64,000 nt of DNA, taken from IMG/VR virus record IMGVR_UViG_3300030108_006260, positions 176,444-240,443 of that record; one strand, written 5' to 3'. The notes beneath the pieces are model-generated. The model was not told the origin of the DNA. It saw nothing but the letters and a program-made list of their open reading frames with translations, and ran no database searches. The position numbers and the translations under genes were made by a program. Below are positions 18,676-28,500 of the stretch, piece by piece. Positions within the stretch are counted from its first letter, which is position 1. Each line of letters starts with the position of its first letter.

Positions 18676-19527
18676 TCAAGGAGCCAGTGCCACTACTCCC
18701 GTTCCTTGGTAGGCAGCACGCCAGCTGCTCACAAGTTGAGCACTGTTATAGAAAGGAGGCTCAGTGGAACGAATCTTAAATGTGGATGTCCACTTAAGGT
18801 TCGCGGGATCCTGTGCGTTTTCCGAGAACTGGACTCCTTGCGGAGTGAAAAATCCTCGTAGGAAAATATCAGGATACACCAAGCTATGGTAGCTTATGAA
18901 CACAAAGTTTGGTCTTCCATCCGGGAGTATCTTTTCCTCGTCTAAAAGTTCAAAAAATTCGTAGAAATCAAATAATCCTTGAGGGAGAGCTACTACTTCT
19001 GCTTTTGTTTTTGAAATTGTACCTCCGTCTGAATCCCCTCTGCTTAGTCGTACAGGCATTATATTTCCTGCCTGGAAAGTTATATTCATCTCGGGTTCGT
19101 CAAAAAAAGTAGACCTAGAACCGTTTCTCCAAGTATGGAGTATGGTTCCCGACCTTGTTTGCTGCTGAGAGGCTCGTATAGGGAACTGCCACTGTACACT
19201 TTCTGGTCCTGCCCAAAATAATATGTACCTTCCTTGCGCAGCGAAACTTTCGGTAGTCATAATCATAGGAGCAGTACGCTGTACGTAGGGGCCCCGGCTT
19301 TGTCCCTGTCCAGATACCTTACCTGATACAATGGATCCTCCGGTAATAGTAGGAGGGTCTATTAGCTGTTCGAAACCTGCGTTCCTCTGACGAAGGAGGT
19401 CTAATATCCTCTCCTCATTTTCTACTAAGGATCTAAGACTGTCAAAACCAGATAGGTTATCCTCTGCGTTAGATCCTATACCTGATTGGTTTTGTCCTGG
19501 TTGAAGTGGGTTGTTAGGTCCTGACAT
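18676..19527 (-). CDS. Tail tube-like / baseplate-associated structural protein
   Basis: ILFWAGPESVQW...QQTRSGTILHTW...MNITFQAG and FLRGFF...FSENAQDP...WTSTFKI resemble tube-fold proteins of large myophages. Confidence 0.45.
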   Translation of the reverse strand: MSGPNNPLQPGQNQSGIGSNAEDNLSGFDSLRSLVENEERILDLLRQRNAGFEQLIDPPTITGGSIVSGKVSGQGQSRGPYVQRTAPMIMTTESFAAQGRYILFWAGPESVQWQFPIRASQQQTRSGTILHTWRNGSRSTFFDEPEMNITFQAGNIMPVRLSRGDSDGGTISKTKAEVVALPQGLFDFYEFFELLDEEKILPDGRPNFVFISYHSLVYPDIFLRGFFTPQGVQFSENAQDPANLKWTSTFKIRSTEPPFYNSAQLVSSWRAAYQGTGVVALAP

Positions 19528-19540
19528 TACTATTCTCTCT

Positions 19541-19577
19541 AAAAGAAAAGCCCCAGGGCAGTCATCCCTAGGGCTTT
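19541..19577 (-). terminator. Rho-independent terminator
   Basis: AAAGCCCCAGGG...CCCTAGGGCTTT stem followed by a T-rich tract on the - strand. Confidence 0.6.
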
Positions 19578-19596
19578 AGTTTCTATATAAGCAGTC

Positions 19597-20286
19597 TTAT
19601 AGGGACTCGATGTGGGAGTCACCATCTGATGTGACTTCTGCCATCTTCTCCTTAGCAAACTTCTGAACAATACCCACGGAATTTCCGATTATGAAAGTTA
19701 GGTCTTGTGCAGTAAGATCTAGGTTAGCCAACTCATTTTTAGCCTGCCTAGCCTTAAGATCACCACTAGCAATGGCCTCAACGATTGCCTCCACGCGAGG
19801 AGAAGGTCCGCCTTCTTCCGATGACTCGAACTCTATGTCAGAGCTTACGTCATTCAATCCTGCATCAAACGCACTAGAAGAATCGTCTGTGATCGATACA
19901 ATTCCATTGTTTTTAGAAATTTCGTCACCAGACGATTTCATCCTAGCAATGTCCCTGTTCTTATAACCTATTTTCTTGTATGCTTCTGCAAGAGCTTCTT
20001 TAACCCCGTCCCGCATAAGTTCTTCCTCTGCTTGAGAGGCCGGAATTAGTTCGAGAGCCCCAGCATCAAGGAACTGTCTAAGGCTAGAGCTATTCTTTAT
20101 CATTGAGGGAGTAGCCTTGTTGCTTAGGCATACAGGGTACCTAGTATTAGGTATTGCTTCCCTATGAGTCTTTCCTGACCCATCGTTAAGAGTCAGGACA
20201 ACAATTCCTCTTTCTTTAGAGGTGTTCCTCACATATATAGGCTCACCGCTGTCAATAACACTATCTAAGTATATGAAAGAACTCAT
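19597..20286 (-). CDS. Hypothetical (probable virion) protein
   Basis: 229-aa ORF; N-terminal IYVRNTS motif shared with neighbours. Confidence 0.55.
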   Translation of the reverse strand: MSSFIYLDSVIDSGEPIYVRNTSKERGIVVLTLNDGSGKTHREAIPNTRYPVCLSNKATPSMIKNSSSLRQFLDAGALELIPASQAEEELMRDGVKEALAEAYKKIGYKNRDIARMKSSGDEISKNNGIVSITDDSSSAFDAGLNDVSSDIEFESSEEGGPSPRVEAIVEAIASGDLKARQAKNELANLDLTAQDLTFIIGNSVGIVQKFAKEKMAEVTSDGDSHIESL

Positions 20287-20288
20287 AA

Positions 20289-20447
20289 TTAATCTTCATC
20301 CTTGCTTTGTTCTTGGTTAGAGGAAGTAGAAGAATCAATTTCCTTGTCTTCGTCTTTCTTATCGGAAGATTCTAATCTTTCCTTTAAGTTCTTCCCGTCA
20401 ATTGTATTTTTAGACGAAACAACGTCTCCATATTTTACAATAGCCAT
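20289..20447 (-). CDS. Small hypothetical protein (52 aa), not in ORF track
   Basis: MAIVKYGDVVSSKNTIDGKNLKERLESS...KDED* fills the gap between two - strand genes. Confidence 0.55.
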   Translation of the reverse strand: MAIVKYGDVVSSKNTIDGKNLKERLESSDKKDEDKEIDSSTSSNQEQSKDED

Positions 20448-20463
20448 ACCGTGTTTTTACCTT

Positions 20464-21450
20464 TTACAGACTTCTTGGCATTATTCCAGATGAAGTAAAC
20501 AACTCAGAGGGCCATAAACCCGATCTGGAAGCTATGAGGCGAGTCCTTGCCCATCTACCATTACGAACCGAGTGATTCCACCTGCCATAACTAGACCTTC
20601 CTAGCATAGCAAGTAACCTTTTAGAAAATACCTCTGGTTTTTCCAGAGGATCACTTATTTTTAGAGCAGCAGAAAGAAATCTCCACGCAATTGCAGGAGC
20701 ATTGACGCTGTGGCTCCACAGCACAGACAGAGCAAGGTCTAGTTCGGGAGATTCCACAACAGGATTATCGTGTTTCCCTCCGTAGAGCCACTGACTTAGG
20801 GTCTTCTTATCACCCGCAGTTATAGTCTTTCGGGTACAATACCTATGAAAGTGTTCCATTCCAAAAGAAGTCTGTGCATGGAACCCTTTAGGGTCAGAGA
20901 AAAGATTATGAAATAAAATAGCCCATGAAACAGATCTGTCCCAATCAGGACCACTTCTTGGTACTTTACCCTGATTGGGGGTAAACTCTTCTCTTATTGA
21001 GAATCCATATACTAGGTCTCCTGCGGAGACTTTTTTATTCCTAGACCTGACCTTAACTGTGTCGTCGCTAAGATACCTAAGGTCCCCCTTAGTAGAGACA
21101 TACCAATTCTTTTCAGCCAGTGCACTCCATAACTCGTTTAGAGCAGGAATTCCGTGAACCAGTTCAAGCATTCGAAGAAGCTTCCACAAGCTTCCCTGGT
21201 CATCAGCTGCTGAAAAATCTTCGTGAGCTAGCTCCTTAGGGTAAACTGCAATTGCCTGGTGCAGACCAGCTGTCATAGCTGTGCCATCATACATGGTTAT
21301 GGCACCAAACTTACCTCCGGATTCTACCTGAGAGGTAAGCCACAGTACCCTAGACCAGTGACTAGAGGCAGTATTGGGTTCCCAGTCTACCGTTCCCTTG
21401 ATAGAAGGGCCAGAATAGGAGTTGTACGAAACACGAGTTACTTTGGTCAA
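20464..21450 (-). CDS. Putative lysozyme-fold peptidoglycan hydrolase (endolysin or virion lysin)
   Basis: LTSQVESGGKFGAITMYDGTAMTAGLHQ resembles the E-S-x-G...S/A-x-G-h-h-Q lysozyme-like core. Confidence 0.45.
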   Translation of the reverse strand: MTKVTRVSYNSYSGPSIKGTVDWEPNTASSHWSRVLWLTSQVESGGKFGAITMYDGTAMTAGLHQAIAVYPKELAHEDFSAADDQGSLWKLLRMLELVHGIPALNELWSALAEKNWYVSTKGDLRYLSDDTVKVRSRNKKVSAGDLVYGFSIREEFTPNQGKVPRSGPDWDRSVSWAILFHNLFSDPKGFHAQTSFGMEHFHRYCTRKTITAGDKKTLSQWLYGGKHDNPVVESPELDLALSVLWSHSVNAPAIAWRFLSAALKISDPLEKPEVFSKRLLAMLGRSSYGRWNHSVRNGRWARTRLIASRSGLWPSELFTSSGIMPRSL

Positions 21451-21977
21451 GTGCTAGACTTCTTTCTCCTACCTCTGCGTCGCTTCGGTGCTTCTTCAGC
21501 CTTCTCTTCAGCCTTCTCTTCAGCCTTCTCTTCAGCTTCAGCTCCAGATTTGGCTTCTTCAGCCTTCTTAGCCTCTTCAGCCTTCTTAGCCTCTTCAGCC
21601 TTCTTAGCCTCTTCAGCCTTCTTAGCCTCTTCAGCCTTCTTAGCCTTAGCAGCTTCTTCAGCTTCCTTAGCCTTCTTAGCCTCTTCAGCCTTCTTAGCCT
21701 TAGCAGCTTCTTCAGCTTCCTTAGCCTTCTTAGATTTGGCTTCTTCTTCAGCCTTAGCAGCTTCTTCAGCTTCCTTAGCCTTCTTGGCCTTAACGCTTCT
21801 CTTGTCCAGAGGCATGTTAGTGTCCTCTACGCAGGTAACAGAAACACCATACTTTTTAAGTTCTTCTACAGACTGGCTGCTAAGGAAAGCAGTCCTCTTA
21901 GAGTAAGGAGGGACCCTAAGTCCCTTAACAAAAACCAGGGAACCGTTAGGGTTCTTTATCTCGTATCTTCTTGCCAT
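21447..21977 (-). CDS. Low-complexity Lys/Ala/Glu repeat protein
   Basis: Tandem AEEAKK repeats, basic C-terminus KRRRGRRKK. Confidence 0.65.
   Translation of the reverse strand: MARRYEIKNPNGSLVFVKGLRVPPYSKRTAFLSSQSVEELKKYGVSVTCVEDTNMPLDKRSVKAKKAKEAEEAAKAEEEAKSKKAKEAEEAAKAKKAEEAKKAKEAEEAAKAKKAEEAKKAEEAKKAEEAKKAEEAKKAEEAKSGAEAEEKAEEKAEEKAEEAPKRRRGRRKKSST
21490..21790 (-). repeat. Coding tandem repeats (18-bp unit encoding AEEAKK; 12-bp unit encoding AEEK)
   Basis: ttcttagcctcttcagcc units directly visible. Confidence 0.85.
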
Positions 21978-22006
21978 TTCAATAAATCCTTGAATTAATG
22001 TATAGT

Positions 22007-22381
22007 TTACTTAGCTACCCACCCGGTATTAGTTGCAGACCCGGATTCTTTCACATAAAGAGTGGTCGATGCTCCACCCTCTTTATCAACATATAGATCA
22101 CCAACTGACCCAATTACAGACCCATTTGGAGCACCCACCCCAGCAAGAACAACAGCCCCTCCTAATACAGACTCTGCTCTGTTATCCTCGTTTGTGGACG
22201 TAGGAGAGGTAGACCACTCGATGTTGCCGCTAGCTGCCAGGCTTATAAGTTGGTCCCTACTGCGTTCGAGTTCGTCTGAGGTTAGTTGTAGTTGAATGGT
22301 CTTGTTGGGTCCCAAGACCCCTACTGTCGATCCAACAGGAAGACGACTTGATGTCTTGTTAGTAATAGTTACTAGAGGCAT
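22007..22381 (-). CDS. Small virion protein with tailspike-type C-terminal motif
   Basis: GVGAPNGSVIGSVGDLYVDKEGGASTTLYVKESGSATNTGWVAK is a motif common at phage fibre/spike termini. Confidence 0.55.
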   Translation of the reverse strand: MPLVTITNKTSSRLPVGSTVGVLGPNKTIQLQLTSDELERSRDQLISLAASGNIEWSTSPTSTNEDNRAESVLGGAVVLAGVGAPNGSVIGSVGDLYVDKEGGASTTLYVKESGSATNTGWVAK

Positions 22382-22571
22382 TTTTTCTCCAAAAAAAAGT
22401 AGTTAGGGGGTGCTTCCCTGGATTTTCCAGTATATAACATCAGGGTCTCCCGTCTTTATCAATTAGGTACAGAAGCAGAGTAAGAGAGCCAGAGTAAGGT
22501 ACCTAGTTACCCTTACTACTATGTAGTAAGCGCATGTTCCCTGTTAGTTTAGAATAACTTATATATCGTGC

Positions 22572-25500
22572 ATGAGTTTAAAGGTCAGAATAACTAATAA
22601 GACCCGCAGTATAATAGCGGTGAACAAGGTCAAGAGGAAAGTACCGCCTTTAAGTACTACTACTTTTGAAATTAGTATATCAGACCTTGACGTACTTAGG
22701 CCATTCCTGCTTTCTCATAGGGAAAAGGGCCAAATAGACTTTGATGTTTTTAATGACCCGGGGTCTGTGGACAGCAGTGACACTGAACTTGTTACACTAG
22801 CGGACATACCTGACGTAATACCGGGAGGTGGAGGATCATCTGACGCATTAGATATATCCTACGATAATACTGCATCAGGATTAACAGCTACCAACGTAAA
22901 GGAAGCCATTGACGAAGTGGTATCCGCAGGGGGCTCCGGAACGGACAACCAGACAGCGTCTGAAGTTCCTTTCACACCTGCTGGTAACCTGACGTCCACT
23001 AATACTCAAGCTGCGTTAGAGGAGCTAGATGCAGAAAAAATAGATGTTGCTCATTTAGGGACAGGAGGTGCAGCACACGCTAGTGCCACTACCAGCACTG
23101 CTGGCTTCATGTCCTCTACGGACAAAGTTAAACTAAATAGCATAGAGTCCGGTGCTGACGTAACAGACACTGCTAACGTCACGTCAGCCGGAGCGCTCAT
23201 GCGCTCAGGCGGAACCATGACCGGCAATATTGTCATGTCTCCGTCACAAACAGTAGATGGCAGAGATCTGTCTGTAGACGGTGCCAAGTTAGATGGAATA
23301 GAGCCTGGAGCGGACGTAACAGACGCATCGAATGTCACTCTTGCTGGAGCGCTCATGCGTACTGGCGGTACCATGACAGGTGATGTGGTATTTAGCGGGA
23401 GTCAAACATTCGACGGTCGTGATGTGTCCGTTGATGGATCCAAGTTAGATGGCATAGAACCAGGAGCCGAAGTTAACACAGTGGATACTGTGTTCGGACG
23501 CACCGGAAATGTAGTTGCAACAGCAGGAGACTACGAAGCAAGCGAGGTTAGCTATGACAACACTACTAGCGGACTAACAGCTACTGATGTTAAGGCCGCT
23601 ATTGATGAGGTAGCAGCAAGTGTAGGAGGGGGAGGAACTGACGACCAAACAGCAGCCGAAGTACCTTTTACACCCTCCGGAAATTTATCGTCAACAGATG
23701 TACAAGATGCCCTAGAGGAGCTGGACTCTGAGAAGTTATCAACCACCCATGCAGGAACGGGCGGTACTTCCCATGCAAATGCCACTACCGGCACTGCTGG
23801 CTTCATGTCTAGTGGAGACAAGACTAAGCTAAACAGTATAGAGACAAACGCTGACGTAACGGACACCGCTAATGTCACGTCAGCCGGAGCGCTTATGCGC
23901 TCTGGCGGCACTATGACAGGCAATATTGTTATGTCAGGCGCCCAGACGGTAGACGGAAGAGACCTGTCTTCGGACGGTTCCAAGTTAGACGGTATCGAGT
24001 CCGGTGCTGACGTAACAGACACTGCTAATGTCACTTCAGCCGGAGCGCTCATGCGCTCAGGCGGAACCATGACGGGTGACATTGTATTCAATGCCAGTCA
24101 AACGTTTGACGGTAGGGACCTTTCAGTAGACGGGTCCAAGCTAGATGGGATCGAGCCTGGGGCTGAAGTTAACACGGTAGATACAGTTCATGGAAGAACT
24201 GGTGACATAGTTGCTGTTGCTGGAGATTATTCAGCAGACGAAGTCAGCTATGATAACGCAACGTCAGGACTAACAGCCACTGACGTCAAAGCAGCTATTG
24301 ACGAGTTAGCTGCGAGCGGAGGAGGGGGAGGTACCGATGACCAGACAGCAGCAGAAGTACCATTTACTCCCGCAGGAAACATAGCAGCAACTGACGTCCA
24401 AGATGCTATAGAAGAACTAGACTCTGAGAAGCTATCAGCTACCCACGCAGGAACAGGAGGAGCTGCCCATTCAAATGCCACTACTGGCACTGCTGGCTTC
24501 ATGTCCAGTGGGGATAAGACTAAACTAGACGGTATCGAGTCCGGTGCTGACGTAACAGACACTGCTAATGTCACTTCAGCCGGAGCGCTCATGCGCTCTG
24601 GCGGAACTATGACAGGCAATATTGTCATGTCTGGTTCCGAGACAGTAGATGGACGAGATCTATCTGTGGACGGTGCTAAACTAGACGGGATAGAGACAAA
24701 CGCTGACGTAACTGACACCGCTAATGTCACGTCCGCTGGAGCGCTTATGCGCTCTGGCGGAACTATGACAGGAAACATTGTCATGTCTGGAGCAGAGACC
24801 GTAGATGGACGAGATCTATCTGTGGACGGTGCTAAGCTAGACGGGATAGAGTCCGGAGCTGAAGTTAACACAGTAGACACTGTTCATGGACGAACAGGAG
24901 ATGTTGTCGCCGTAGCAGGAGACTATGCAGCAAGTGAGATTAGCTACGACAACACCACTAGCGGACTCACAGCAACAGACGTAAAAGCAGCTATAGATGA
25001 GGTTGTAGCAAGTGCAAGTACCGATGACCAGACAGCAGCAGAAGTACCATTTACTCCCGCAGGAAACATAGCAGCAACTGACGTCCAAGATGCTATAGAA
25101 GAACTCGACTCTGAGAAGCTATCGGCTACCCACGAAGGAACAGGAGGGGCGTCACACGCTAATGCCACTACAGGTACTGCTGGTTTCATGTCTAGCGGAG
25201 ACAAAACTAAGCTAAACAGCATAGAGTCAGGGGCGGATGTAACGGACACTGCTAATGTTACATCAGCTGGAGCGCTAATGCGTTCCGGGGGGACCATGAC
25301 TGGCAATATTGTCATGTCTGGAGCAGAGACCGTAGATGGAAGAGACCTATCGGTCGACGGGTCCAAACTAGACGGGATTGAACCTGGAGCTGAGGTCAAT
25401 ACAGTAGACACTGTTTTCGGCCGAACAGGTAATATAATAGCAGTTTCTGGTGATTATGCAGCGAGTGAGGTCAGCTACGACAATACTACGAGCGGACTCA

Positions 25501-28500
25501 CAGCCACTGACGTAAAAGAAGCTATTGATGAGTTAGCTGCAAGTGGTGGATCGGGAACTGACGACCAGACAGCGGCAGAAGTTCCATTTACCCCCGCTGG
25601 AAACATATCTGCAACTGACGTACAAGATGCCATAGAAGAGCTGGACACAGAGAAACTAGCAGCTACCCACGAAGGAACAGGAGGCGCGTCACATGCTAAC
25701 GCAACTACCGGCACTGCTGGCTTTATGTCCAGTGGGGACAAGACTAAACTAGACGGTATTGAGTCCGGAGCGGATGTAACAGACACTGCTAATGTCACTT
25801 CAGCTGGAGCACTCATGCGCTCAGGCGGCACCATGACGGGTGACATTGTATTCAATGCCAGTCAAACGTTTGACGGTAGGGACTTGTCTGTAGATGGCGC
25901 AAAACTAGACGGCATAGATCCAGGTGCTGAAGCGAATACAGTAGACACTGTATTCGGAAGGACAGGAGACATTGTTGCTGTTGCAGGGGACTATGCAGCG
26001 AGCGAGGTTAGCTATGACAACACAACGAGCGGCCTCACAGCCACTGACGTAAAGGCAGCTATCGATGAGGTTGCTAGCTCTGTAACCGATGATCAGACGG
26101 CACTTGAGGTTTCCTTCACTCCGTCCGGAAATATAGCAGCGACAGATGTACAGAACGCTATAGAAGAACTAGACTCTGAGAAGCTAGCGGCTACTCACGA
26201 AGGAACAGGCGGGGCTTCCCATGCGAATGCTACTACTGGCACTGCTGGCTTCATGTCTAGCGGAGACAAGACTAAACTAGATGGCGTAGAGGCGGGAGCG
26301 GATGTGACAGACACTGCTAATGTCACGTCATCCGGAGCGCTTATGCGCTCTGGCGGCACCATGACAGGCAATATTGTCATGTCTAGCACAGAGACAGTAG
26401 ACGGACGAGATCTATCTGTGGACGGTGCCAAGCTAGACGGAATTGAATCAGGGGCAGAGGTAAATACAGTAGACACTGTTTTTGGAAGAACAGGAGATGT
26501 AATTGCTGTTGCGGGTGACTATGCGGCAGAAGAAGTCAGTTACGACAACACCACGTCTGGTCTTACAGCAACCGACGTCAAAGCAGCTATTGACGAGGTA
26601 GCTGCTAGCGTAGGAGGGGGTACGGACGACCAAACAGCGGCAGAAGTCCCATTTACTCCTGCGGGGAACATAGCTGCAACAGATGTCCAAGATGCTATAG
26701 AAGAACTAGACTCTGAGAAGCTATCAGCTACCCACGAAGGAACGGGAGGAGCGTCACACGCAAATGCCACTACGGGTACTGCTGGTTTCATGTCTGCTAC
26801 AGACAAAGTTAAGTTGAATGGCATAGAGTCCGGTGCTGACGTAACAGACACTGCTAACGTCACGTCAGCCGGAGCGCTCATGCGCTCAGGCGGCACCATG
26901 ACCGGAAATATTGTCATGTCAGGTGCCCAAACTGTAGATGGAAGAGATCTGTCGGTGGATGGCGCCAAGCTAGACGGAATTGAATCGGGAGCGGAAATAA
27001 ATACAGTAGACACCGTTCACGGAAGAACAGGTGACGTGGTTGCTGTTGCAGGGGATTACTCTGACTCTGACATCAGCGTAGATCCTTCTGGATTTAACGT
27101 AATCAGTTCGTCCGCAACTACACAAGCTCTCTATAACGCAGAAAATGACGCACGTCTTCTCGACGCTAGGTCCTCCGGAGTCAGGTTCTTCGACGGATTT
27201 GGATCAACAGGAGGCACTACAATAGCCGTTGGGGCAGGGTCAGGAGTTACATTAGATTTATCAACTGACCCTGTAAGCTATGCGACTCCTTCGTGGGGGG
27301 CCCAAACCCTAACTCCCCCTGCTAGCCAGATTAGTTTCTTGATATGCGATTCGGCAGGCACACTTTCATGGCTGTCAGCCGAGCCGACACCATCACAACG
27401 TAGAACATCCGTACTTATTGGAACCGTAGCTACTCAAGGAACCACCATAACGGCTGCAATCTCGAACGCAATGCCCGTTCGTAACTCCATTCAGCAACTC
27501 CGAGATATGATGGAGGGTATGGGTAAGGTTAGGTTAGGGACAGGAACTGTCCCTCAACCTGTTACATCGACACTGGGATTTACTGTAACCTCAGGTTCTA
27601 TTCTGGTTCCTGGAATTTCAGTTGCATCAAACCCCAACAACCCTCACTCTTTTGTGTATCCAGGGTCTGCTTCTCCTGCTTCTTTTCAATATGCCACACC
27701 CTCAGGGTCTGACGGTGTAACTAGAACCGCAATAATACCTGACCAATACTGGAACGGTAGTACGTTGGTAACGATAGGAGGAAACTCCAACAGGGCAGCA
27801 ATACATACAATATATTTGTTCCCGTCTAGCAATATACGAGTAGCTAGGCCACAGCAGTTCTACTCTTCTATGTCAAGGGCACTTAGTGCCTTAGCTACAC
27901 GCATATACACTACCCCTGCTGGTTATGAAGCTAACGGTTTTATCGTAGGTTACATCATAGCCAGAAGGAACGCTACAAACCTGGCTTCATCTTCGGATGC
28001 TCTATTTGTGTCAACAAACCAGTTTGGAGGAATTGGAGGAGGAACAGCAGGTATTATACAGGGAGTTACTAGCGTTAATGGTCAGGCGGGACCAGCTGTA
28101 ACCCTAAACGAGTTTGTATCGGACGTGTTCCGCGTACAGGACAACACGGACACAACAAAAAAGATAGCATTCAATGCCTCTGCTATAACTACAGGAACAG
28201 TCCGTACAATTACGATGCCGGACGCAGACGTAGACCTTGGATCTCTCGGAGGAGGTGGAGGTGTTACCAGCGTAAACGGTGACTCTGGGCCTGCTGTAAT
28301 TTTGAATGAATTTGAATCGGATGTATTCCGAGTTCAAGACAACACAGATACCACAAAGAAAATATCTTTTGACGCGTCTGCAATAACCACGGGTACTGTA
28401 CGAACGATTACGATGCCGGATGCTGATGTGGACCTGGGGTCTCTTGGAGGCGGGGGAGGAGGTCCGGAGGAAAGTACTGGCGCTAGAGACTTCAGCTCAG

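Noticed and set aside
21490-21790. Short tandem repeats as a CRISPR array
   Set aside because: No unique spacers; in-frame coding repeats. The Cas4-like gene has no array or cas1 nearby
23051-27013. Series of antisense ORFs within the fibre gene
   Set aside because: Shadows of the repeated sense-strand codons
28060-28460. Duplicated segment near the fibre tip as a DGR template/variable repeat pair
   Set aside because: Both copies are in-frame, differences are mostly synonymous and not adenine-specific, and there is no reverse transcriptase in the window
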